Source of the DNA: Paraspadella gotoi | Taxonomy: Eukaryota > Animalia > Chaetognatha | Assembly (NCBI GenBank): GCA_051294375.1 | Contig: CM119263.1 | Coordinates: 31,240,358 to 31,292,824, forward strand | Reading direction: 5' to 3' | DNA: 52,467 nt | Shown here: positions 38,201-50,173 of the stretch, piece by piece | Layout of the letters: every line of letters begins with the position of its first letter | Position numbering within the stretch: position 1 is the stretch's first letter | Position numbers and translations under genes: made by a program | The notes under the pieces: generated by a model | What the model saw: only the letters and a program-made list of their open reading frames with translations | Told to the model about the DNA's origin: nothing | The model's database searches: none

Positions 38201-41200
38201 CCGCGCAAGCACGGGGTCATGATCAACTTCCTCTCTTCCATGCTGAGGGAAGAGGGTGGCTACGATTATAAAAAAGCCATCGGTGAGGACTAAGGAACCA
38301 GGGCCGGTGGGGGTTTTTACTTCAATTCACTTTGTCAATCCGTTGGTTTCCCCCTAAAATTTTGTCCGTGAGTTATTTAAATCATGTCAGAACATCAAAT
38401 TATACTATAATATTATTATAATATAATATATATAATATTATATTATAATATTATGCACAAAAAATTATGTCCGTCCATCTGTCTGTTTGTTTGTGTCTGT
38501 CTGGTTATCCAGCCCCTCGTTGGCATTTAATTCGAATTACTCGTGATTGCATTGATGGATTGGAATAAAATTTTATATGTGGGTAGGAAAGTGTGTGATT
38601 GTGCTGGAAATTAAGTTTCGATAGAATCGTCGGAGTAGTTATGAGTTAAAAAAAAATAAAATGCCCGTTTTATTATTTTTTTAAACATAATCCAATTATA
38701 AAACAGGTTTTTTGTTCAATTAATTTATAAATTAATTATCTAAAAAACTTTTAGAATGTAATTAAAGTTCAATTTACAATTTTTACTACGCCAGAACCGG
38801 CATTTTTTGCTCCAACTTGTTTTTGTCGTGTTTGAATTATTAGAGTCGCGTCGATAACAAAAAGGTTACAGATGATGATTTGTCAGTTTCATGGATTCTT
38901 GAAAAATTTGAGTTCCACTCATTTCCTAAAATATAAATATTAGTTAATATACACGGATTTGAGAATTAACGATTTTTGTTTGATCAAATTGGCACACCGC
39001 TCTCCAAACTACACCAACGTTCCTTCAGTGGACGCGATCATCGGGATCATCGACGACAACCCCGAAGCCAAAACCGCCGGGTTGGCGCATCTCTGCGAAT
39101 TCATTGAGGACTGCGAACACACGGTTTTGGCCACGAGGATCTTGCATCTGCTCGGCCGCGAGGGGCCTCAGAGCCTTTTTCCAGCAAAGTAATTCAAATA
39201 ATAGAATAACTATATATAAATGTTAAAATATTATTAATTTAACATTAATTCAATTTAATTTAATATTATTAATTTTAAAATATTATAATAATCAGTTATA
39301 ATAATATTAAATATTAATTATCTCGTCGCTATTTCAAGATACATTCGCTTCATCTACAACCGCGTGATCCTAGAGAACGCGGCCGTCCGCGCCGCCGCCG
39401 TCTCCGCTTTGGCCAAATTCGGCGCCAGCTCCGCAGAGATTCTTCCCAGCGTTTTAGTTCTGCTGCGGCGCTGCACTTTAGATACGGACGACGAAGTCAG
39501 GGACAGGGCCACCTTTTATTACCAGGTGGGAGTTCGATTGTGTTTGTTGTGAAAATACGCTTGTTTTGATGAGACTCTGTAATGGAACATTCCAAAATAC
39601 CAAAATCATAGAGTTGACATCGACTCGAAAATTATTCCGATTCTTGATCAATGATGCATTATGCAAATGAGATAGAAGACTGTGGTCTCATTTAATAATT
39701 AATCTAAATCTTTCTTCGATCTACTCAATCGGTTTTCCTTTCGTGTATCATTATCACTCCTTCCTTATCACATCTCTCACAGGTGCTGATGGAACGGCAG
39801 GCGTCGCTCAACTCGGCCTACATCCTCAACGGCCTCAACGTGAACGTGAAAGGGATGGAGGCGGCGCTGGTGAATTACGTCAAGGATCCGAGTGAGAAGA
39901 TGTTCGATGTCAAGTCTATTCCCGTCGACACGCAGGTTTTGAGAAGTTGCTTAGTTCTTAATTTTATTTGTCTTTTAGACATTAGGTTTCTAATAATAGA
40001 TGCTTAGTTCTTAATTTTATTTGTCTTTTAGACATTAGGTTGCTAATACAAGAGTTATAACGGGGGGGGGGTGCCGGCCGTTGCACCACTCTAACGGGGG
40101 GGATTGATTAGTTAGTGGTAGAATTTATACGTAAACTAGATTAAAATATTAAAAAGTTTTTATTCTGCCTTTATTTCCCGATGAAGTTCACTTCTCCTGC
40201 GGAAAATAAGGTGGTTTTTTTTCGGATCCTTTTTGCTTTTTTTGTTGCTTTTTTCACATTTGGATTCTGATAATCAAATTATTTCTTTTCCCCACTACCA
40301 ACCTCGTCTCTTTTGTTCTAATTTCTAATGCAAGTTCAACGTCACAAATTTCGTTCTTGTCTTAATCTGTTCCTACTAAATTTAACTAATAAACATTTAA
40401 TATTTTAAAATTTTCCGCAGCCGGCCGCCAGAGCCTCTCCCTCTCGATCCTCGATCGATAAGCCCGAGTCGAAACGCGGCGCCGACGCGGCTCTGCAGCA
40501 ATCCTGCGAGATGCAGCACGCGGCGGAGATGGCCAAGGTTCCAGAGTTGGCGCCCCTGGGGACGCCGTTCAAGTCCAGCCAGCCGGCGGAGTTGACAGAG
40601 TCAGAGACGGAATACGTCGTCAAATGCATCAAGCACACTTTCAATAATGTCGTAGTTTTTCAGGTTGGAAGATGAGAAGAAGAATTTACATTGTAAATGT
40701 CCTGAGATGATTACTTATCTTTGTCTAATCCTTTCAGTTCGATTGCGTCAACACATTGAATGACCAGCTGTTGGAGAACGTGTACGTTTCGATGGAATCG
40801 TTGGAGGAAAGCTTCAAAGTGGTCAAGTACATTTACTGTCCCAAGTTGGCCTACAACGAGAGAGGAACCACTTATACAGGTTATCATCGGAATATATATA
40901 TATATCGACTTGTAACGATCATTTTTATGTTTTTATCGATGACTCAAACTTTATCTTAATCTTAATCTTTATGTATTAAGTGATTTCCCTTCCCGCCGAC
41001 GAACCGACGACGGTGGGGGCCTCCTTCTCGTGCACCCTCAAGTACCTCGTCAAGGACTGCGATCCGGTAACGGGCGAAGCCGAGGGAGACGAGGGATACG
41101 ACGACGAATACGTTCTGGAAGACGTGGACCTCTGCGTCGCCGATCACGTCCACAAGGTAGTGTGGATGTTGGAGTTGTTGAATACGCCCCCAGGGCCGCG

Positions 41201-41400
41201 AACCTATGACCGCTGCGCCGTTTCCCCCGACGCTAGCGATTCTCCAATGGACGAATCGATTTTCGTTCTTCGTAACGAAATCGATTTTTTTTCATTTTTG
41301 GCCCAAAATCAAAACTCAAGCCGAATTTAGATGGAGATTTTTTTTTTTCTTGAGACGCGGGATTTTCCATAAAGGCGAGGCTTGACACTTTTTAAATCTA

Positions 41401-41444
<44 letters not shown>

Positions 41445-42198
41445 GTAAACAAAACCAACTTCGCGGCTTCGTGGGAGGAAGTCGGGGAAGCCAACGAGTT
41501 GGAGGACACCTACGCCCTCTCGGTGGATACGCTGCCAGAGGCCGTTAAAAACATCGTCTCCTTCATGGGGATGCATCCTTGTGAAAGATCGGAGAAGGTA
41601 AGAGAGATGGTTGACACGGTTGTTTTATGGTTATTGAAGGAAAATAGCTGGAAGAGATCTCATTGAAAATGGTTTTTAACATGGAGGAAGAGGTGATTTT
41701 CTTGACATATTGCAGTAGTGAAGTTTTATCCCTTTGTCTCGGTTTTAAACTTTCCCAATAGTTTTGTTTCTCGGTTGTAAGAAATTAATTTAAGGTGACG
41801 GTTATCAAGCTATCCCGAGTAATGGTTAAATGATTTTGTCTACTTTTGTAAATTAGGAATAAAGATTACAAATAATTTATTAAGCGAAAACGATAAGATA
41901 AACTAATGGAAAACTAAAATCAAACGATTTTTAAAATATGCAAATGAAGATTAAGATCTTCATTTAATTTCATTTCATTTCATTTCATTTCATCCGCCAC
42001 TTTTAAATCCTCATCCATGAATCTCAGCCCTGCGAAGGAAAGAACTCTCACGTTCTCCTCCTGGCGGGAATCTTCCGCGGCGGCCACGACGTCTTGGTCC
42101 GCGCCCGATTGGTTCGAGACTCGGGAATCACGATGCAGATCACCGTCAGATCCACGGATCCCATCGTCGCCGAAATCATCGCCTCTGCCGTCGGATGA
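35271..42198 (+). CDS. COPG: Coatomer subunit gamma (COPI)
   Basis: [35 protein letters not shown]; [10 protein letters not shown]; CEFIEDCEH; [10 protein letters not shown]; [10 protein letters not shown]; last exon ends IIASAVG-TGA at 42196-42198. Confidence 0.97.
37499..37713. mobile_element. MITE with internal telomere-like (CCCTAA)n
   Basis: Perfect 18-bp inverted repeat TTTTACTTTCGCCGACCG (37506-37523) / CGGTCGGCGAAAGTAAAA (37689-37706) around degenerate CCCTAA units. Confidence 0.75.
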
Positions 42199-42546
42199 TG
42201 AAGAGGACTTCTCTCGTTTATTATCATTAAATATAGATGATTTACTTATTACTTTTATTCGCTCTCTCTAGTCTCTAGTCGCTGGTCGTTCATTAAGTTT
42301 GGAGGAACTCATTTGCGGGAAAAATGTTTTATTTTACTTGCCAGTGAATAAATTATAGTATATTTTCTTCATTTAGAACACGACTTATTGAAAAAAACTT
42401 ATTATTAATTGTTGTACTTTGGCTTAGCTAATTGCTACTACTATAGTCATCAGAGTTGCACGCAAAGTCTATCATTTTTTATTATTGCCAGTTCTCTCCT
42501 TTTTCTCTTTGTCAAAACTTTGTTCCCTTCGACTCTCGATCCGGCG

Positions 42547-43885
42547 ATGTCCCCCTCGGCGAAAGGCGACGGCGCAAAAGCCTCCGGCAACGGAGCCGTC
42601 AACGAGATGGAGCTGGTGGACAAGCCGCTCCAGATCGACAAGTGGGACGGATGCGCCGTCAAGAACGCCCTCGACGACACCGTAAAAAAGATCATGATCG
42701 ACACTTTCGGCTACACTGAGAGTCACGCCCTGATGGACGGGAGACTCGTCATCTGCACCGTCGCCTGTCTCTTCGCTCTCTTCGCCATGGCTTGGGACTA
42801 TTTCTATCCTTTTCCAGAATCGAAAAACGTACTCATCATTTGTGTCTTAGGTGTGAACGCGAGAAATTTGACGAAGCTCGGACTATATAATGTTGTCTTT
42901 TTTTTTACTCCGCGTCTGCCTTCAGCTTATTTCGTGATGATGGTGGTGTTGACCTTCTACACGACTTATTGCGAACAAGGAATTTTTCTCGAGGCGATCG
43001 ACGTTGATCCAACGGGAGTCGATCCAACCAACAAGTGGATCCTCTCCTCAGGTAGAAAAAAACCCAAGGGAGAAAAGGAAAAAACCTTTTGGGTAAATGG
43101 AATAACAGATTGTCACACTCCTAACGCTTTTTCAAGTCTGCGCTTTAACAGAGGAGAACAGATTTTACGAAATTGTATAATTAAAGTTAGTACAACCGAT
43201 ATGAAAATATTTCGTCCTGACTTTGGACACGACATTTGTGGGTTGAGGCTTTCTGATAATAACAGAGCAATAAAAAAATTTAAATTCTTTTTGAGTTTTT
43301 CTAAAATCTCGTTATCCACATTTTTTTATTTCTCGCCCGACCCCCAAAAAATTGAAACGCAGCCCGCGTTCCCGAAATCGGAATGAAGCCATCGCACATC
43401 GGGCCGATTCGTCGAGCCTATAGTTGGATTTTGCAGGCCCTGTTTAGCTTTCCGATAAACATTGATGGTAGTTAAGCCTCTTCTGTACACTTCACACTTT
43501 TTTCTTCAAAATGTTTTTTTTTATTTTCCGTTCTTTCGTTAATTATTTTGTTAATTAATTAGACATCAGATTCTCTCTAGGAATTGTTTCCATTCGACTC
43601 GTCTCTCGTGTCCTTCTGTCTTTGGCGACTGCTCAATCTATCTTATCGGGATTCTTTTAAACGCCCTCCTCCTCCTCCTCCTCCTCCTCAGGCATGACGC
43701 GCTTTGACGACGTCTACACACTCGAGATGGTCTTCGTGGACGGAAAGTCGGGGTCGACGCGATCCGCGGACGTCTCCAAGTCGGTCGCTGCCTACGTCGA
43801 CGAGAACGGCCTCGTTTGCGAAGACATTTTCACTGAGGACGTGAACAGACTCCATTTGGAGCTGCTGACGAAGAAGGAGCAGTGA
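42547..43885 (+). CDS. SPCS2: Signal peptidase complex subunit 2 (SPC25)
   Basis: Exons 42547-42850, 42926-43051, 43692-43885; IDKWDGCAVKNALDD, LMDGRL, WDYFYPFPESK, RFDDVYTL, KSVAAYVDENG. Confidence 0.95.
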
Positions 43886-44549
43886 GAGATTTGTGAAGAC
43901 GGTTGGTTCATGGTTCACGCCAATTCTAGATTAGCTTAAAGATTAAGGAACCTCATTTTATTCTCATATAGGAGTCGAAAGTTGGAATCGAGCGGCGGGG
44001 TTTTTTTTTACGAACTATAATTAAATATTATCTTTTAATTATTTTTATGTGATAATTATCTTATGATATTAAAATTTATTTATATATCTCGTTATTTATT
44101 GTCCTTTATGACTTTAATTGGAATTTATTTCTCAAAGACGCCGTTGTAATTCGCTTTTCCGAAGATGATAACGAATGAAAAGCGACATCGTTGCATTAAG
44201 AGTATGTAGTATAAAATCATTCCATTATTGCCATTAATTTCGATCGTCCGTTTACTCTTCGATGCCATAAGCTTTAGTCTTTAGAATATATATTGATGAT
44301 TTTAAATTTTTTTCGAAGTCCAGCGACGCTGACCAATTGAGTTTTGAAGATGAGTTGAATCGCTCAACCGAAAAAGATATGAGGGTCGGAGAGAGACGGA
44401 AAGAGAGGAGGAGAGAGGCGACCCTTTTATTCGTCTGGGCGGATGACTTCATTACCTCTTTACAATAACGCCCTCGAGTGTGTAGAGTAAAACTCGTTGC
44501 CATTTATCGTCGATATTAAATTTAACCGCGCTAAACTATTTACTTCAAA

Positions 44550-47500
44550 ATGGCGAGCCTCATCAAGAACCAAATTCTAAAACATCTGGCAAAGTTCACC
44601 AAAAATTTGTCGCCGGACAAGATTCAAATCTCGACCCTCAAGGGCGAAGGGGCTTTGTCCAATTTGGAGCTCAACTCCGAGTTGCTCATGGAGATAATGG
44701 AGTTGCCTCTCTGGCTAAGATTGACCAAAGCCGTTTGCAATAAGGTATATTAATTTATTAATTTATATTAATATTAAAAACGTCTTTGCGAGCTATCGGT
44801 TATCAATCCTCCCGATTTCGTTTTCAGGTTCAAGTTAAGATTCAGTGGACAAAGCTGAAGAGCGAACCGATTCGATTGTACCTCGACGAGATTATCGTGG
44901 AGATGGAGACGGTGGCCGAGTTGCGGAAGCCTCCCGAGGAGTCGGCCATGTCCGGCGGGATGCCGCAGATGGCGTCCGGCGGGAAATACGGATTCTCGGA
45001 TCGAGTCATCGATGGAATTTTTCTCTCCGTCAATTCCATTCACGTTCGACTCAAATCCGAAGCCTTCAACGCCTCCATTCAGGTTTAGCGTTGCCGTCGA
45101 TTGAGCCTGATAGAATATAGCTAATGCAAAGGTTTAAACCAACTATCATTTTAGGCTATAAGTTTTTTTTCCGCCTCATTTAAAGAAATGGATTAAAATT
45201 TTAAGCAAAAGTTTATTCCCAATATTTTAAGACTGTTGCTAAAAAGAAGAGTTTTGAAAAAGGAAAGTATCTTTCTGGGAACCTTAATACGGGAGGAAGA
45301 ACGATTGTTTGTTTAAAATAATTTTTCTAACATTATCATCCTTCCAAATTTCACTCTATTCAATCATTTACTCCAGTTTACTTCAACATGCAAACGAGAT
45401 TTAAAAACGGTTTTACTTAACGTTAGTTAAATCGACTCCACGTCCAATCGGTGAATCCAAAATGGCAGCCTTGCGATTTGCGGTCTACTTGCCTTCGCGA
45501 CAGGAACAGGGGAGAAATTTTACTCTTCAAGCTCATTGATTGGCAGGTAAAGTGCTAAATGATAAATGATAAAAAGAAATGTAAATGACAAATGTAAAAA
45601 ATGACAATGAAGATGATATATGTAAAAAAATTATGCAGTTACGTTTGGAGACTCTTAATCGAAAAACGAGAAAATTCATATATAATTCGATGGGGTCTTG
45701 AATTCTTTCACGAACTAAGGGAAAGGTCTATTTCCTAGTCGATTGACCAGGAATCCATCCCTCGCCATACTATAACTTAGTTTCAATTTGTAATCCGCTA
45801 AACCCTTTATTAAATTCAGACGATTCGCATTGAAGCTTGTGCAAGTAACGTCGCGGATTCGGTCAAGCTAACACCAATACGGCTGATCACGAACCAAGGT
45901 GACCTTTCGCTATTTTATTCTATTTTATTTATTTATTTTATATTGATACGATATTTAGTAGTTAGAAGTAAATCAGATTTAAATTTTAGGCAAAGTCCGT
46001 ATTACAATGAAGAAGCGAATGTCGGACTCAAGTCTGGTCTCCTCTCGTCTCATGCTCATCATGGACGACCTCCTTTGGGTCCTCACGGATTTGCAGCTCA
46101 AGGCCGCCATCCTCTTTGCCAACTCTGTCTCCAAATACATCGAGAAATCCTCTAAATATTCTAAGATGAAAGCGGGTTAGGAATGCGCGCATTCGTTCAA
46201 CGCTGACCCTTTAAAAACTCTTAAAGTAAAGCCTTGTTTTGGTTTCTTTTTTAGGGGAAAAGGTTCAAAAGAGCACGATTCCCGCCATGGCCTACAAGCA
46301 GCAGCAATCCGCCCCTGGCGGCCGCAACTCGCAGCAGCAGCTGCATTCTACAGCGGCGGGGTTTTTCGATCGACTCGACGTCATCGAAACTTCTTTTCAT
46401 CTCATCATTTCTAGGTGATTTGGTCGTCGTTGTAGTTATATCTTCGCCGTCGTCGCCATCGTCGTTTTGGTTTCTGTCGTCGTCTTCTAAAAAGTTCCAG
46501 CGCGTCTTCAGGTTGGACCTTCATCTCTGCGACGACTTCTCCCCCGCGACGGCGGAGAAGCACAACACCCGCATCAAGGACGGCGCAATGCAGATGACGC
46601 TGATGAAGATGCTCTTAGACTACTACCCCTACCACCTGGCGGGCGGGGATCGATCCCATTGGTTTCGTTACGTGGAAAGCGGGAACACTCGCGAGCAATG
46701 GACGACCAAACTCTACACGGAATTCAAGCAACGAATTCGCGCGGCCAAGTCTTCGCTGGACGCGTCTCGACCTCGCTCCTCCTCCGAACCCGAGGTGCTC
46801 TTGTCCCCTGGCGCGGGTCTCGTCGGTGGTAGCGCCACCGCCGCGGGTCCGGGCGGCGCCGCGGGACCGCCGTTGCGCAGTCCGGCCCCGCAGGGCTCGG
46901 TGACTTCGCAACCGAGTGTCGCCAATCAGGTTTCGCAACCGCAGATACGAATGCGACAACCGCGCTTACTGGAGAGCGTCGCCGTGTTCCGCATGGACGA
47001 CTTCGTGGTCTACTGCGTCTCGACGGGCGACTCGAAGAGAGCCACCCCGCAGAAGTTGCTCTCGTCCGACAAGAAGCAGCTCTACCTCCCCGCCGACACT
47101 AACGCCGTGCATCTCGAGTTCTCCGAGTATTACTTTCCCGAAGGGATGACCTTTCCCGTCCCGAGGTAAGAAAGAGAAGAAGAAGGGAAAGGGCGAGAAG
47201 ATAAGCTAAAAAGAGAAAGACGATACGAAAATAGAAATACAATCCAATACAAATAATTTAATACAAATACTTGTACAAAGACAAGATCCTGTATGTATTT
47301 CTTGTCTTTGACTTTTTCCCAACAGCAAATACCTCTACTCGAGTCTTGCGCCTCTTCGCGTCTTCGTCGATTTCCCGACTTTGATGTGGATGAACTCTTA
47401 CTTCGTCAACCTTTACAAAGACATTTCCATTCCGATTCCCGAGGCGTCCAAGGAGCACGTCGACGTCCGGTTCGAAGCCATTATGCCCAAAGTCGTCGTT

Positions 47501-50173
47501 CCAGCAGGTTTGGCCTATTTTCGTTTTTTCTCGAAAATCCAATGTTTTATTTCAATCGTGAAAATTCAGCCGATACCTCGGACGATTCTAAACCGGCCCA
47601 TCCTGATCGACCCACTGCTTTGCAATTGCAAGTGGCCAAAGTGGTTGTGAGCAACACGCGCTCGGAGCCCGGGATGGGCGTGGCCGAATTGCGCGCGAGC
47701 TGGCGTCATGTCTTGACGCGCGGGTCGATGTTCGCGGGCGACGACTTCCCGCGCGCAGATCACGACCTGCAGGATCTGCCCTCCTGTTGGTCCGAGTTTC
47801 TCGCTGTCGCTAATTTGCTCAGACTCAACATCGTTCCGTCCACAGAAGATGGAAACGGTAATGAGGAAGGGAAGGTAGGATGGAATGAAAGAGGGAAGGA
47901 AAGAAGGAAGGAAGAAAGGAAGGAAAGAGGGCGAGAAGGAAGGAAGGAGGGAGGGCGAGAAGGAAGGAAGAAAAGAAAGAGAGGAAGGAGTGAGGAAAGA
48001 AAGGCAGGCGGGCAGGCAGGAGGGAGAGGACTTAACTCTTGTAAGGGGAAACGACAAAAGTCGACACTAAAGCGTACCAAAAATATTAAAAACAAGTAGA
48101 CTCAAAATTCGAATAGTAGATCAGGCTTGTAAATAAAAAAAAAAATTTCAATTTTCGCATAAGCCCATATTTATACATAGTACTTGCCATACAAAATGTC
48201 AAAATTTTAAAACGGTTTTTTCTTATTTTTAAAAGCAGATTCGAATTCCTCAGGAAAGTTGATAAAAGGAAATATAACTCTTTTTAGAAAATTATTTCAT
48301 TAAGTGGATCAAAATCCTAAAAAACGTTTATTATTAACCTTGTAATGATTTTCTTTCTTTTCGTTAATTTAGAAATTTTTAGGAATATCAGTTTTTGTGT
48401 TTTAACGAATTTTTAAATTTTTAAACTATGATTAAAAATTCGTTAAAACACAAAAACTGTTATTCCTAAAAATATTATTAACCTATATTTAAATTTTAGT
48501 ATAAAAAAGTTTTTTAAATTTTTAGCAAACTTTATAAAAAAAAAATATAAGTCAATCAAAAATTCTTTCATTAACTTTTCATGAGAAATTCAAATCTGCT
48601 TTCAAAACTAAGAAACATTATTTTAAAATTTTAACATTTTCTATGGTTAGTACTATGTATAAATATAGGTGTATGCGAAAATTGAGAAACTATAAAAAAT
48701 TTTTTTATATATCAATGTTCTTTAGTCCAAGACTGTTCCTGATTAACTATTCGAATTTTGATCTGCAACTTTCACTACGCCTAAGTCGACACATATAGTT
48801 GTCGTAGAATAAATACATTTGTCGTAGAATTTAGAATTTATGTACGCATTAATTCCACCAAACTAACTTTTTTTATTCGGGGTTTCAAACTGGCTCTATT
48901 TTTTGATTAGTGTTAGTGTTTATTTATTATTATTTATAAATAATAAATTTCAAATTAGACGAGGTCCTTTCTTCCTCCAGCGCCTGACGCCGGCCTCGAA
49001 ACGCTGCGCACGAATTCGCTCAAGCAACTGGCCGACGAAGACATTTGGTGCGTTTCCCTCAACCAAGTCTGGGCGGATTTCACTGGGATAAAAAGGTGAG
49101 ATTTTAAGAGGAATTAACTAAGAAACTCGTCGTCAGTCAAACTCGAATAATTGCGACAATCCTCAGTTGCCGCGGCGGCCGCCTGCCTTTCCTCGATGCC
49201 TTTTCCTCAACTCTCTGGCTGTGCTCGCCGCGGCCGAACCTCTTCACCGCCGGCGAGACTCTCTTTCCTCCAGAAATTCCCTCCGCCACGCCGCCCGCCC
49301 ACGACCGCCTCCTCCCGAACGGGTTTACGGACGATGTGGACGCCGCGCCGCTGGCGCATCCCGACGCCACCACGCCCGACGTTGCCGCCATTTTCGTCTG
49401 CGACGAGCGCCTCTCAGTTCAGTTGGATCATTTTCAGTTCCTCTTTCTCGTTCGACTCGCCGACGCCGCCGCCGACGCGCAGAAGCAGGTGGAGAGTGAC
49501 GTGGAGCGGATCACGGGTGAGTCATGCTCGGGGGAAGGTATTGGGGAAAGTAAAACAGTTGGCTCATCGAAAAACGACTTACTGCTCACTTTGAGTCACC
49601 CACTTTGAACCAACGAAATAATATTACTCACGATTTATCATTAAAAACTAGTTTTGCCTTTCAACAAAAAAATTGTTAAGGATTTACCCCTAAAAAAGTA
49701 ATAAATTTTGCAAATAAAATGTAACTCATAAAAGATGTACGCTTGACAATAAAATGATCCACGACTCATTAAAAAACTAAAAAAATTATCCGGGTTGACA
49801 TACATTTAATGGGAAAACGACTCGCATCTGACTAAGATGCAGAAAACCAGAAAATCTGACTCAAACTCTTTTTCTTTCTTCTTCTTCTCCTCCTCCTCCT
49901 CCTCTCCATTTCTCACCCACAAAGGTCATTCGCCTCACGAAGATGCGAAGACCCTCTCCTTGGTTTCGCTCCTCCCTCCCGTCGACGTCTTCTTTGTCCA
50001 TCCGCCCGTCGTCGTCAACGGCGGCATCGACGCCGACATGACGCCGCTTCCGCCGCCGGCGCCCGGCGCCAATCGGTCTCGCGCCGCCACGGATGTCGCC
50101 ACGCCGGATCTTGTCAAGACGCCGGACGCGATGAGTTCCGAAGTCGAAGGCGCCACCAACTTGGGATTTAAGG
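44550..50173 (+). CDS. BLTP3: Bridge-like lipid transfer protein family member 3 (UHRF1BP1/UHRF1BP1L), partial; continues beyond the traced exons
   Basis: Chorein-N start MASLIKNQILKHLAKFTKNLSPDKI; ELPLWL, IQWTKLKSEPI, DYYPYHLAG, HLEFSEYYFPEG, HVDVRFEAIMPKVVVP; exons traced to the donor at 50173. Confidence 0.9.
48068..48784. mobile_element. hAT-type MITE (family B)
   Basis: Ends TAAAGCGTACC / TTCACTACGCCTAA; 8-bp TSD GTCGACAC at 48060-48067 and 48785-48792; long internal inverted arms. Confidence 0.87.

Noticed and set aside
42409-43386. 325-aa single-exon SPCS2
   Set aside because: The ORF reads through introns; homology supports ATG 42547 and three exons.
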